The notes beneath the pieces were generated by a model. It saw only the letters and a program-made list of their open reading frames with translations, had not been told where the DNA came from and did no database searches. Shown piece by piece: positions 1-15,012 of a DNA stretch of 64,000 nt. Position 1 is the stretch's first letter; each line of letters begins with the position of its first letter. Position numbers and translations under genes: made by a program. The stretch comes from an uncultured Chloroflexia bacterium (GTDB taxonomy: Bacteria > Chloroflexota > Limnocylindria > Limnocylindrales > CSP1-4), in NCBI GenBank assembly GCA_963775855.1, contig CAVZKO010000005.1, positions 1,071,846 through 1,135,845 on the forward strand. Reading direction: 5' to 3'.

Positions 1-1314
<1,314 letters not shown>

Positions 1315-2401
1315 TCACGGGGCTGGCCCTCGGCGACATGATCCCGGCGAGATCGCGCCCGGCGTCGGCGTCCCGAGGAGCGTGAGGGTGATCTCGAATT
1401 CCTCGCGGAGGATCGCGAGGGCCCGCTCGACGCCCGCCTGGCCGCCGGCCGCGAGGGCCCACAGGATCGGCCGGCCGACGAGCACGCCCCGCGCGCCGAG
1501 GGCGAGCGCGATCGCGATGTCGAGGCCGCGCCGGACGCCGCCGTCGACCCAGACCTCCGAACGGCCGTCGACCGCCCCGACCACCTCTTCGAGCACGTCG
1601 ACCGGCGCCGAGACCCGATCGAGCTGACGCGCCGCCGTGGTTCGAGACGACGATCGCGTCGGCGCCGTGTTCTGCGGCCAGCCGGCCGTCCTCGCCCGTC
1701 AGAATGCCCTTGAGCACGAGCGGCAGACGACGACCAGCTCCGGATCGCCGCGAGGTCGTCCCAGGTCAAGGCTCAGTGGCCGGTTCCTGTGTCCGTGTCG
1801 GCCCGATCTCGTCCTCAGCGAAGTTACCGAGCGGGACCAGCCGATGTCGAACGCGCTGCGTCGGTCGCGCTGGCGGTAGCCAAGGACCGGCAGGTCGACG
1901 GTGAGGACGATCGCCGAGTAGCCGGCCGCCGGCGGCCCGCTCGACGAGGGCGCGGCTCCGCCCTGGATCGGCCTGCGGTGTAGAGCTGGAACCAGCGCGT
2001 CGCCGTCCGGGGCGGCCTCGGCGACGTCCTCGATCGAGCGGCTCGACATCGTCGAGAGCGTGAACGGGATGCCGGCCGCCGCCGCCGCCCGGGCCGTCGC
2101 GACCTCGCCGTCCGGGTGGGCGAGGCCGTGGACCGCCATCGGCGCGATCGCCACCGGAAACGCCGCCGGCGCGCCGAGGAGCGTCGTCGATGGGTCGATC
2201 CGGGAGACGTCGACGAGGACGCGCGGCCGGAGCCGGTAGCGAAGCCACGCCGCATCGTTCTCGGCCAGGCTCAGCTCGTCCCAGGCGCCGCCGGCGATGT
2301 AGTCGAACGACGCCGGCTCGATACGCTGGCCGCGGCGAGCGCCTCGAACTCGCCGGAGGTTCACGAGCCGCGCGAGGTCGGTCGGGCGTTCGGTCTGGCA
2401 T
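1315..2401 (-). CDS. FMN-dependent alpha-hydroxy-acid dehydrogenase/oxidase family (LldD / glycolate-oxidase-like), heavily frame-broken
   Basis: Family-typical fragments are spread over at least 4 frames: SFDYIAGGAWDE, PVAIAPMAVHGLAHPDGE, WFQLY, AGYSAIVLTVD, TWDDLAAIR, LKGILTGEDGRLAAEHGADAIVVSNHGG, VWVDGGVRRGLDIAIALALGARGVLVGRP. Start and stop are approximate. Confidence 0.75.
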
Positions 2402-5023
2402 CGTCGCCGGATGCTAGCCCGATGATGTCGAGGTTGGCGAGGCTGGCAAGGACGGTCTTGCGGCCGACGGCGGGGTCCTTGAACGACGACCGTGACCTCC
2501 TCGTCGCTCCGGGTCAGCTTCGAGGAGACGATGATCCCGTCGCCCCAGCGGGCGTGGCGGACCCGGTCGCCGTCGCGGAACTGGCGCTCGCCGGGGATGA
2601 TCGGTCGGGCGGCGGGCGGGTCGCGCGGGTCCGGGCGGCGGTGCGGCGCCGTCCGCCGGTCCGAGCGATCCCGACGGCGCGCCCGACGCGAACGCCTCAC
2701 GCTTCGCGGCGAGGTCGCGCGACGGCCGGAACGGCTCGCCCGGCGGCGGCGCACCGGGCCGGCCGCTCCCCTGCCGGAACGCGCGCGCCGCCGCTGCTCC
2801 GGATCGGCGTCCCGAAGCGGGTCGTCCGGCGCGACCCGAACGCGAGGTCGAGGTCGAGGTCGAGCCCATCGCCGGCGCCGGCCGCCCGGCCGGCCGGCGC
2901 TCAGATCCGGCCCGACCATCAGCTCCGCCGGGATCTCGAGCAGGAACCGGGACGGCACCGACGCCTGGCCCATCCCCCATGTCGAGCGGCGCCAGGCGTG
3001 GGAGAGGAAGAGCCGCCGCTTCGCGCGGGTGATCCCGACGTACGCGAGCCGCCGCTCCTCCTCGAGCTCCTTCTCGTCGTCGAGCGCCCGGCTGTGCGGG
3101 AAGAGGCCCTCCTCGAGCCCGGCGATGAAGACGACCGGGAACTCCAGGCCCTTGGCGGCGTGGAGCGTGATCAGCGTGACCGCGTCGGCGTCGCCCTCGT
3201 ACGTGTCCTGGTCGGCGACGAGCGCGGTCTCCTCGAGCAGCCGGTCGAGGGCGTCCTCGGGCTCGAGGTCGTCGTAGCGGGTCGTGACCGATCGCAGCTC
3301 GAGGAGGTTCGCCCAGCGCTCCTCGCCGTCCTCCGAACCGTCGGCCAGCATCGCCCGGTAGCCCGAGGCCTCGAGGACGTCGTCGAGCAGCTCGGGCAGC
3401 GGCAGGACGCCGACGCGCGATCGGAGGCGCCGGACGAGCGCGGCGAAGTCGGCCAGCGAGGTCCGCGCCCGCGGCGCGAGCCCCTCGACCTCGCCCCGGG
3501 CGGCCCGTTCGATCGCCTCCCACGTCGAGACCTCGTCGCGACGCGCTGACCGCCCGCAGCGCCTCGATCGTCTTCTCGCCGATCGCCCGCGCCGGGACGT
3601 TGATGATCCGCTCGAAGCTCACGCTGTCCGTGTCGGAGCGGAGGACCCGGAGATAGGCGAGGGCGTCCTTGACCTCGCGCCGGGCGTAGAACCGCGTCCC
3701 ACCGACGAGCTGGTAGCGGATGCCGTAGCGGAGGAACGACTCCTCGATCGCCCGGGACTGGGCGTTCATCCGGTACATGACCGCGACGTCGCGGGCCCGC
3801 AACCGTCTCCTCGTCGTCGTCCGCCCGCCGGGTCAGGACCGAGCCGCGGCCGCCGACGAGGCCTTCGATCTGGCGGGCGATCCACTCCGCCTCTTCCTCC
3901 TCGTTGTACGCCTCGAAGCGCTGGATCGGGCGGCCGCCGGCCTGCTCCGTCCAGAGCTTCTTGTCGGTCCGCTCCGTGTTGCGCGAGACGACGGCGTGGG
4001 CGGCGTCGAGGATGAGCTGCGTCGAGCGGTAGTTCCGCTCGAGCTTGACGACCGTCGCGTCGGGGTAGTCGCGCTCGAAGTCGAGGATGTTGCGGATGTC
4101 GGCGCCCCGCCAGCGGTAGATCGACTGGTCGTCGTCGCCGACGACGGCCAGGTTGCGGTGCTTCGCGGCGAGCGCCCGGATCCAGAGGTACTGCGGCCGG
4201 TTCGTGTCCTGGTACTCGTCGACGTGGAGGTAGCGCCAGCGATCCTGGTAGCGGGCGAGCGACGTCAGGCGCCTCGTCGAAGAGGCGGACGGCCTCGAGC
4301 AGCAGGTCGTCGAAGTCGAGCGCGCCGACCTGCTTGAGTCGCTCGACGTAGCGCTTCGCGAGCCGGGCGATCACCTTCTGGTGGTGGTTGACCGCGTTCT
4401 CGGCGAGGAACGTCCGCGTCGAGCATCTCGTTCTTCGCCCGGCTGATGGCGCCCAGGACGGCCGACGGCCGGAACTCGCCGGTCAGCGGCATGTCCTCCT
4501 CGCGGAGGATCGTCTTCATCAGCGCCTGCTGGTCGTCGGTGTCGTAGACGACGAACCGGCGGCTGATCCCGATCGCCTCGCCGTCGCGCCGGAGGACGCG
4601 GGCGCAGAGCGCGTGGAACGTGCCCGCCTGGACGTCCCGACCCGGCTCGCCGACGAGCGAGATGATCCGCTCGCGCAACTCGCCGGCGGCACGGTTCGTG
4701 AACGTCACCGCGAGGATCTGCCACGGCCGGACGCCCTGGACGCCGATCAGATACGCGATCCGGTGGGCCAGGACGCGCGTCTTGCCGCTGCCGGCGCCGG
4801 CGAGGATGAGCAGCGGTCCGTCGGTCGTCGTAACGGCCCGGGCCTGTTCGGGATTCAGGTGCCCGACGATCTCCTCGGCGCGCTTCGCCGCGGCCTGCTT
4901 ACGTGTCGCCTCCTGCTCGGCCTCCCGCGCCTTTCGCTCGTCCGGCGTGAGCTCCGGCGGCGTCTCGCCGGGGAGCGGCGCGTCGCGCAGCCAGTCCGGC
5001 TCCGCGAGGGGCGCCGTGCCCAC
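2360..5023 (-). CDS. pcrA: UvrD/PcrA-type ATP-dependent DNA helicase (several frame breaks; 3' end between 2360 and 2414)
   Basis: Walker [15 protein letters not shown], then [78 protein letters not shown], and a C-terminal [15 protein letters not shown] domain. These were read across ORFs 4265..5023, 3766..4374, 2414..3802, 1699..3351 and one unlisted frame. Confidence 0.88.
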
Positions 5024-5220
5024 GTCCGCATCGTCGACGAAGGCCGTCCCCTCGGCGCCTGGGCGCCGTCGGCCGGGGTGCCGGCGGTCCGGCGGCGGGT
5101 CGTGGGGCTCACCCGTTCATTGTAGGTCGGCGGCCTTCACGCGGCCTTCGTCCGGGCACGAAGAAGCCCCGGGCCGGCGGTACCGGCGCGGGGCATTGGT
5201 CGCTGGGACTGGGTGCGTCG

Positions 5221-6003
5221 TTACGGAGCGATCTGGTCCGCGGGCGGGGCCTCGACCGAGACGCTGCCGCCGTACTTGAAGTCGAACGTCATGCCGACGG
5301 TGCCGATCGTCCGGAGCCGTGACCGACAGCGTGATCTTGGCCGGCAGCCGATCGTTCTTGCGGGTCCACAGGTCGAGGCTGAAGTCGCCGTCGGTCGCGG
5401 TCGCAGTGGGATCGAGCGCCTTGAGGTCGTCGGCCGTCAGCTTGAGGCTGACGTGGTAGCAGTCCTGGTCGCCGCACTTCTCGTCGGCTTCCTTGGTGGG
5501 CGGCGTCGGCAGCTTGTCGAGCAGCGCCTTGAATTCGTCGATCGGCTTGGCGAGCTCCGCGACATCGGTCACGGGCTTGCCGGACTCCTGCGGCACGTCG
5601 ACCTTCGTGTACTTGTCGGCCGAGCCGCCGAGCCATCATCGCGAGGGGGCCGGCGATCTTGTAGTAGGCGGCCGTGTCGAGCAGGAGCGCGTCGATCTTC
5701 GTCCCGAGGACGGTCGGCGCGTCGAGCGAGAACTTGGCCTTCTTGGCGGGAATGTCGGCCGCGCCGCTGATCTTCACGGTCGAGAGATCGAGCGCTCCGA
5801 GCTCCGGCACCGTGACCGAGCCGGTGAACGTGCCGGTGACCTCGACGGTCTTGAGGTCCTTGAGGCTCAGGACGGATTCGGTGAGGATCTCCTTCGGGAT
5901 CGGTCAGGGCCGGCAGTGCCGGCGTCTGCGCGCCGCAGGCCGCGAGGACGAGCGATGCCGTCGCCATGAATGCGACGAAGATGAGCGCGAAGCGTCGAGT
6001 CAC
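5221..6003 (-). CDS. Secreted lipoprotein, possibly LppX/LprAFG family (frame-broken)
   Basis: GTG start follows GGGAGAA. Signal peptide with lipobox: TRRFALIFVAFMATASLVLAAC. The body was read in 3 frames (KTVEVTGTFTGSVTVPELGALDLSTVKISG ... DTAAYYKIAG ... DGDFSLDLWTRKNDRLPAKITLSV ... GMTFDFKYGGSVSVEAPPADQIAP, then TAA at 5221). The family call rests on overall layout only. Confidence 0.55.
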
Positions 6004-6101
6004 AAATTCTCCCCAGTAGAAATTGGCGTGATGGTGGCGCCACAGGGTCGCCGCCCCGCTGGCGTGCTGTCAAACGATGGAAACCCTGCCGTCTCGCCGG
6101 C

Positions 6102-6138
6102 AGAAAGAGCCCCGGACCGGCGGTGCCGGCCCGGGGCT
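6102..6138 (-). terminator. Intrinsic terminator-like hairpin after groEL
   Basis: Minus strand reads AGCCCCGGGCCGGCACCGCCGGTCCGGGGCT followed by CTTTCT, 28 nt after the groEL stop. A second, smaller CTGCCG/CGGCAG hairpin follows. Confidence 0.55.
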
Positions 6139-6165
6139 ATCGTGTCGCTGGAGGACGTTGCCGGA

Positions 6166-8161
<1,996 letters not shown>

Positions 8162-8347
8162 CGTGCATTCCTCCTGTGACGGAAGCCGAAGCCTCCGTCG
8201 AGCCTTGATTGGACCGGGCGCCACACCCGCGCTCGGCGGGAGCCGGATGCTCGACCCGAAAACGATGTGAGTGCCGTCGCAGCAGTCGCGATTTCGACCT
8301 CTGGCCCGGCTACTCCGGGCGCCTCCAGGTCGATGGGGCGATGCTGC

Positions 8348-8374
8348 TTAGCACTCTCGATGTGAGAGTGCTAA
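8348..8374 (-). promoter_or_regulatory. CIRCE operator (HrcA binding site) of groES-groEL
   Basis: Perfect TTAGCACTC-N9-GAGTGCTAA inverted repeat read directly from the sequence, about 190 nt upstream of groES. Confidence 0.9.
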
Positions 8375-8375
8375 C

Positions 8376-8405
8376 ACTGTACCGGGGAGGGGCGCCGGGT
8401 GTCAA
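8376..8405 (-). promoter_or_regulatory. Sigma-70-type promoter of groES-groEL
   Basis: Minus strand reads TTGACA (8405..8400), an 18-nt spacer, then TACAGT (8381..8376), ending 1 nt before CIRCE. This is the classic promoter-operator arrangement. Confidence 0.6.
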
Positions 8406-8448
8406 GCGCTGAGTGTCGCCTCGGCGTGGCGGGCCGCAGAACAGCACC

Positions 8449-9264
8449 TCACCCGTGCCGCTCGTCGGATGTGCGCGCCCGGCGAGGATCCGGTCGTAGT
8501 TGGCGACGAGCTGCTCGCCGAACGCGTCTTCATCGATGCCCGCGCTGCTCGGCGACCCAGCGCGCGGTCACGGCCACCCACTCCGGCTCGTTCCGCCGGC
8601 GCGGCGCTCCTGGCGGCGAGAGGAACGGCGAGTCGGTCTCGACGAGGATCCGGTCCGGCGGCGCGAGCCGAGCGACGTCGGCCGACGCCTCCTCCCCCGC
8701 CCGGAAGACGAGCCCGGAGAAGCTGACGGCGGCACCCAGCTCGAGCATCGCCTCGGCGTAGTCGAGCGGGCCGGAGAAGGAGTGGATGAGGACGCGCGGC
8801 GGCGCGCTGCCGAACGCCCGGAGCTCGTGCAGCAGGGCATCCTGGCCGTCCCGCTCGCCCTCGGCCGATCGGCAGTGGAGGATCGCCGGCTTGCCCGTCT
8901 CGAGCGGCCAGACGGAGGTTGCGGCGCAGATTCTGGAGCTGTTCGAGGATCGGCGAGAAGACGCGGTCGTAGTCGAGGCCCGTCTCGCCGATCGCGACCA
9001 CCCGCGGATCGCTGGCGAGGGCGACGATCTCCGCCCACGCCGTCGTCGTCGACGTTCGACGCGTCGTGGGGATGGATCGCCCACGGCGACGTCGAGCCAG
9101 GGAAACCGATCGGCGAGCGCCAGCGCCCCGCGACACGACGCCGGATCCCAGCCGGGAACGAGGATCCGCTCGACGCCGGCCAATCGGGCGCCACCGATCA
9201 CCAGGTCGACATCGCCGTCGAACGCATCGGCCTGGAGATGGCAGTGGCTGTCGACGAGGCGCAT
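8449..9264 (-). CDS. tatD: TatD-family metal-dependent hydrolase/DNase (frame-broken; 3' end uncertain, 8402-8449)
   Basis: MRLVDSHCHL, VGIHPHDA, IGETGLDY, ILHCRSA, LIHSFSG, ETDSPFL read in three frames. ATG at 9264 lies 10 nt after the metG stop. Confidence 0.8.
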
Positions 9265-9273
9265 CGAAGTCGG

Positions 9274-10912
9274 TCAGAGCTCGCCGTCGGAATTCGACAT
9301 CGAGGCGCGGGAAGAGCGGTTCCGGAGCGGCGACCCGGCCCGTCCTCGGCCGCGTGGGCGCCCCAGCGCAGCTCGTCGAGGATCGGCGGACCGGCGTTGC
9401 CGTCGGCCGCGTACGGGTAGTCGTAGCCGAGCTGGCCCAGGATCCGCGGCGCCGTCGCCGGCAGGTACGGCGCGGCCGCGAGGCCGAGGAGCCGACAGGC
9501 CTCCACGAGGTCGCCCAGGACGCCGCGCAGGCGCTCCTCTGCCGCGGCATCGCCCGCCTTGGCGGCCTTGGCGAGCTCCCACGGCTTCTCGGCGTCGACG
9601 AGCCGGTTCGCCGCGCCGACGAACTCCCAGAGCTCCGCGAGGGCCTCGTGCAGGAGATAGCCCTCGAGGGCGGTCCGGTAGGCGGCGAGGCGCTCGGTCC
9701 AGACGGTTTCCAGCGTCGCGAGGCCCGGCCCCGGCCGCTCCCCGTCGAGGTAGCGGTTCGCCATCGAGACGGTCCGGTTGACGAGGTTGCCGAAGTCGTT
9801 CGCGAGATCGGCGTTGTAGCGCCGGACGAACGAGTCCCAGGACACCTCGGCGTCCTTGTCGAACGGCACCTCGCGCAGGACGACGTAGCGCGCGCCGTCG
9901 CTCCCGAACGCGGCCACGAAGTCGTCCGGGATCGAGGAAGTTGCCGCGGCTCTTGCTCATCCGCTCGCCGTGGGCGGCCATGAGGAAGCCATGGACCCAG
10001 ACATGACGGGGCGCCTCGAGGCCGGCGCTCCAGAGCATCGCCGGCCAGAAGATCGAGTGGAACCGGGCGATGTCCTTGCCGATGACGTGGACGTCGGCCG
10101 GCCACCACTTGGCGAATGACTCCGGATCAGCCGGGAAGCCGGCGCCGGTGATGTAGTTGATCAGGGCGTCGTACCAGACGTAGATGACGCCCGCCTCCGG
10201 ATCCCAGGAGCCATCCTCGCGCTGGGCCGTCTCGCCGTTCTCGGCGATCGGGAACGGGATGCCCCAATTGCCGGGCGTTCGCTCGCGGCTGATCGAGAAG
10301 TCCTGGAGGCCGCCGCGGATGAAGCCCGAGCATCTCGTTGCGCCGGAAGTCGGGCTGGACGAAGTCGGGATGGTCAGCGAAGTGGCGCTCGAGGCGCTCC
10401 TGGTAGGCCGAGAGTCGGAAGAACCAGTTCCGTTCGGTCAGCCACTGCAGCGGAACGTCGGGGTGGTTCGGGCAGATCGTTCCGCGGGCCGTCTCTTGGA
10501 CGTCCGTCGCGTTGAGGAACCCTTCGTTCGGGCAATACCAGCCCTCGTACGTCCCGAGGTAGATGTCGCCCGCGGCGTAGGCCCGCCGGACCATCTCCCG
10601 CGCCGCCTCCATGTGATCGGGGTCGGTCGTCCGGATGAACCGGTCGGCGCTGATCCCGAGGGCGGCCTCGGCGGCCTTGAAGTAGCCGACCTGCTCGTCG
10701 ACGAAGTCGCGTGCCGACCGCCCGGCGTCGACCGCGGCCTGGGCGATGTTGATCGAGTGCTCGTCGGTGCCGGTCAGGAAGCGCGTCTCGACGCCCTTCA
10801 TCCGATACCAGCGGGCCACGACGTCGGCGCCGATGACCTCGTACAGGGTGTGGATGCCGGGCTTGTTGTTGGCGTAGGCGATCGAAGTCGTCAGGTAGTA
10901 GCGGTCAGGCAT
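9274..10912 (-). CDS. metG: Methionyl-tRNA synthetase, short form without C-terminal tRNA-binding domain (frame-broken)
   Basis: ATG at 10912. YYLTTSIAYANNKPGIHTLYE (HIGH-region variant), TGTDEHS, WYCPNEGF, KMSKS-type ERMSKSRGNF, and the anticodon-binding part FGSDGARYVVLREVPFDKD ... ANRLVDAEKPWELAK. At least 3 frame changes. Confidence 0.9.
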
Positions 10913-11122
10913 GGAACGGTTCCTGGGTGACGGGCTGGGCGCAACGGCGCTGGGCAGCAAGGGCGAAACGGCGGCCACCCGCCCGCGGCGTCCGGTCAGG
11001 AACGTCGCGAGGCGGAGCCGCCCGGGCATCGCCATGAGGCTCCCGAAGCGTTCCACGTCCCGATCATGCCGGACCCGGCGAGGTGGGGTCAAGCGTGGCC
11101 CAGCGTCAGGTCAGTCGGTCGA

Positions 11123-11566
11123 CTAGTTCGGAACCTCGACTAGCTGGCGCCGCCAGTCCGGCGGGTCGAATGGCTCCGCCCAGTACACGGTCTCGCGCCA
11201 GATCAGGCCGTCGCGCAGCTCCAGGAGCGCGACGCACAGATAGGTCTTTCCGTCGGGATAGCGCATTCGCCACTCGCCCCACCAGAAATCGCCGGTGCCG
11301 GCGGCTCGAGCCACCGTGTTGCCGGGCGTGACGACCCACCGATCTTCCGAGCCCACCAGGCGACTGATGTCGACCTGGGGCACGCCGCCCGGATAGTTCT
11401 GGGCAATCTCCGCCCAGTGGGCGTGACCGACGACGCGCTCGCCGGACTGTGGCCAATGTGTCTGCCAGTCCGGATGCCTCAGCCTGGCCAGTGTCCCAAA
11501 GTCCTTCGCCGCCGAGGTCTCCAGGTATCGGCGGACGACTTCCTCGTTCGTCGTGGAATTGCCCAT
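11123..11566 (-). CDS. Small NTF2-like / SnoaL-like protein (147 aa, intact)
   Basis: Uninterrupted ORF with ATG, located between purH and metG. Size and composition fit a SnoaL/ketosteroid-isomerase-like fold, but I recognised no diagnostic motif. Confidence 0.4.
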   Translation of the reverse strand: MGNSTTNEEVVRRYLETSAAKDFGTLARLRHPDWQTHWPQSGERVVGHAHWAEIAQNYPGGVPQVDISRLVGSEDRWVVTPGNTVARAAGTGDFWWGEWRMRYPDGKTYLCVALLELRDGLIWRETVYWAEPFDPPDWRRQLVEVPN

Positions 11567-11614
11567 GGATTGCCCTCCATCCGGCGCTCCTGGTGCAAGT
11601 ATCCGCTTCGCCGC

Positions 11615-13288
11615 TCAGTGGCGGAAGTGGCGGACCCCGGTCAGCAGCATCGTCGCTCCCGCATTCTCCGCCGCCGCGATCACCTCCGCGTCTCGCATCG
11701 AGCCGCCGGGCTGGACGAACGCGCGTGACCCCGGCACCGATGCAGACGTCGACGCCGTCGGGGAACGGGTAGAAGGCGTCCGACGCGCACGACGCTCCCC
11801 GGAGAACCGCCTCGCCGCTGATCGCAAGGGCCTTCTCGACCGCCTGGCGAGCGGCGTCGACCCGGCTCGTCTGGCCGGAGCCCAGCCCGACGAGCGCCCG
11901 ATCCCGGACGAGGACGATCGCGTTCGACGTGACCGCATCGGACGAGGCGCCAGGCGAGCTGGAGGTCGCGCCACTCGGCGTCGGTCGGGTGGCGGGTCGT
12001 GCATACCTGCCACGCGTCCGGATCGTCGGGGATCGTGTCAGGAGCGGTCACGAGGAGCGCGCCGCCGGCCGTCCGGATCGAACCGAGCGGGTCCGGGTCG
12101 CGCGGGACCGGCTTCGAGGTCGCCGCGAGCGTCGGATCGACGATGAGCCGGAGGTTCGGCTTCGTCGCGAGGATCTCGCGGGCCGCGGCCGAGAAGCCGG
12201 GCGCGACGACGAGCTCCAGGAAGATACCGACGAGCCCTTCGGCCGTTTCGAGATCGACCTCGCGGTTCAGCGCGACAACACCTCCGAACGCCGACACGGG
12301 ATCGCCGGCGAGCGCCGCGGCCCACGCGTCCACGAGCGTGTCGCGCTCCGCGGCGCCGCACGGGTTGGTGTGCTTGACGATCACGCAGCCGGCATCCATC
12401 GAGCGTCCGGCCGATGGCAGCCGCGGCCGACGCGTCGAGGACGTTGTTGTACGAGAGCTGCTTGCCCTGCAGCGGAGCGACGCCGGTCGCGAACGGCCCG
12501 TCGTTGGGGCTCGCACCGGGACGGCGATAGCGCGCGGCCAGCTGGTGGGGGTTCTCGCCGTAGCGCAGCGTCTCGACCTTCTCAAGCGCGATCGTGACGC
12601 TCGACGGGTACGGATCGGCGGCGCCCGGGAGGCCCGGCTCGTCCGGCAGCTCGAGACCCGCCTCAACCATCCGATGCGGCAGCTCCGCGGCGATCCGGGC
12701 GTCGTAGGCTGCGGTGTGGCGGAACGCCTCGACGAGCGAGCGCGGCGCGGAGCCCGGCGGGGACACTCCCCTCCTCGACCAGGGCGGCGAGGACCGCCGG
12801 GTATCGATCCGGGCGAAGTGACGATCGCGACCGACGCGTGGTTCTTCGCGGCTGCCCGGACCATCGAGGGGCCGCCGATGTCGATCTCCTCGACGAGCTC
12901 GTCGAACGTGATTCCAGGTCGCTCGGCCGCGGCGGCGAACGGGTAGAGGTTGACGACGACGAGCTCGAACGGGCGCGATTGCGGCGGCGATGAGCGCTTG
13001 GCGGTGCTCCGGCCGACGCCGATCGGCCAGGATGCCGCCGTGAACGCGCGGATGGAGCGTCTTGATCCGGCCGTCGAGCATCTCCGGGAAACCGGTGACG
13101 GCGGCGACGTCCGTGACGGGCAGGCCGGCCTCGCGGAGCGTGCGGGCGGTGCCGCCGGTCGAGACGAGCTCGAAATGGGCATCGACGAGACCCCGTCCAA
13201 GCTCGACGAGCCCGGTCTTGTCCGACACGGATAGCAGTGCTCGCCGGGCGACCGGGACCTCGACATCGATCGAATGCCAGTCGAACAT
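11615..13288 (-). CDS. purH: Bifunctional AICAR transformylase / IMP cyclohydrolase (frame-broken; start 13288 or 13266)
   Basis: [56 protein letters not shown], and the canonical C-terminus [30 protein letters not shown] ending at 11615. Confidence 0.9.
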
Positions 13289-13864
13289 CGACGACGGCGA
13301 CCCCTTCGACGAACCGCACCCGAAAGCAGGATCGCAACCGCCCGCGGGAGGAGCCGGTGCTCGACTGCGCGGATCCGGTCGTGGAGCGCCGACCTCCTCG
13401 TCGCCGTCGAGGATCGAGACCGCCTCCTGGGCCACGATCGGACCGCCGTCGAGGGTCTCGTCGACGAGGTGGACCGTCGCTCCTGTCACCTTGACGCCCC
13501 GCAGCGAGAGCATCGCGGACCGCGTGAGCTCCCGGGAACGCGGGCAGGAGACTACGGATGCGTGTTCAGGATGCGGTCTGGGTAAGCCGCGAGCACCTGG
13601 GGGCCGATGATCCGCATGTATCCGGCGAGAACGACCACGTCCGGTCGGGCGACGCCGAGGACTGCGGCGAGCGCAGTGTCATCGCCGTCGTCCACAACTT
13701 CGGTCTGGATCCCGTGCTCACGCGGCCCACTCGATCGCGGGACACGGTCGGTCGGCCACGACGAGCACGATCTCCCCGCCGAGCTCGCCGCGTTCGGCGG
13801 CAGCGTGCAGTGCCCGGAGGTTGGAGCCCGCCCCGGATACCGCCACCGCGATCCGACCGCTCAT
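13289..13864 (-). CDS. purN: Phosphoribosylglycinamide formyltransferase (frame-broken; no stop codon located)
   Basis: [73 protein letters not shown]. The ATG at 13864 overlaps the purM stop as ATGA. Confidence 0.85.
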
Positions 13865-14996
13865 GCAGCAGCCACCTCGCCGTACCGGGAGCCGTCGAGC
13901 CGCTCCACGGGAACGACCTCGCCGATCACCATTGCGGACGGTCCCGCCGGCCTCGAAGCTCGCGATCGTCGCGTCGACCGCTTCCGGGGCGACGACGACG
14001 ACCATCCCGATCCCGCCGTTGAACGTCGCCCGCATCTCCGCCTCGTCGAGCCCGCCGAGCGCCCCCAGCAGCCGCATGACCGACGGCATCCGCCAGCGCG
14101 TCGGGTCGAGCCGTGCACCGAGATCCGTCGGCAGCGCCCGCGGCACGTTGCCCGGCAGGCCGCCGCCGGTGATGTGGGCGAGGCCCCGGATGTCGGTGCC
14201 GACGGACGTTGAGCGTCTCGCGCAGTGCGAGGATGGGCCGGACGTAGATCGTCGTCGGGGCAAGAAGGACCTCGCCGAGCGTGGCCAGGCCGTGCTCAGG
14301 CTCGGCGGCGATCGTGGCGGCCGCCGCGTCGGAGCCGAGCGTCAGCAGCAGCTGCTCCTGGTACGGTCGGAGCGAGATCGAGGTCCCATTGCGCGACGAG
14401 GCTGCGAACGAGCGAGAACCCGTTGGCATGCAGCCCGCTCGACGCAAGGCCGACGATCGCGTCGCCCGCCCGGGCCGCGGTCCCGTCGATCAGCCGATCC
14501 CGCTCGACGACCCCGACGCAGCAGCCGGCGAGATCGAACGACGTCGGGTCCATCAGCCCCGGGTGCTCTGCCGTCTCCCCGCCGATGATGCGCACAACCC
14601 GCTTCTCGGCAGCCGGCGGCGACGCCGCCGACGAGCTCCGCGGCCTGCGGCGGGTCGAGCCGTCCGACGGCCACGTAGTCGAGGAAGAAGAGCGGTTCGG
14701 CGCCGCTGCAGACGACGTCGTCGGCGCACATCGCGACGAGGTCGATGCCGATCGTGTCGTAGCGTCCGAGCGCCGCCGCGATCGCCGTCTTGGTCCCGAC
14801 CCCGTCGGTCGACGCGACGAGAACCGGCTCCCGGTAACCCGCGGGGATCGTGATCGCCCCACCGAAGCCACCGAGCCCGCCGAGCATCTCCGGCCGCCGC
14901 GTGCTCTCGACGGCGGCCCGCATGAGCTCGACGGCACGATTCGCCGGCGTCGACGTCGACGCCCGCGGCGACGTAGGCGGAGCGGCGATCTGGCAC
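13861..14996 (-). CDS. purM: Phosphoribosylformylglycinamidine cyclo-ligase (AIR synthetase; frame-broken)
   Basis: [73 protein letters not shown] start at 14996. Confidence 0.9.
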
Positions 14997-15012
14997 CCTC
15001 AGCGCCGCTCCA

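Noticed and set aside
8225-8347. A possible second, degenerate CIRCE (GGCACTC-N9-TCGGGTCGA) between the perfect CIRCE and groES.
   Set aside because: Only the left half-site resembles the consensus, and the right half does not.
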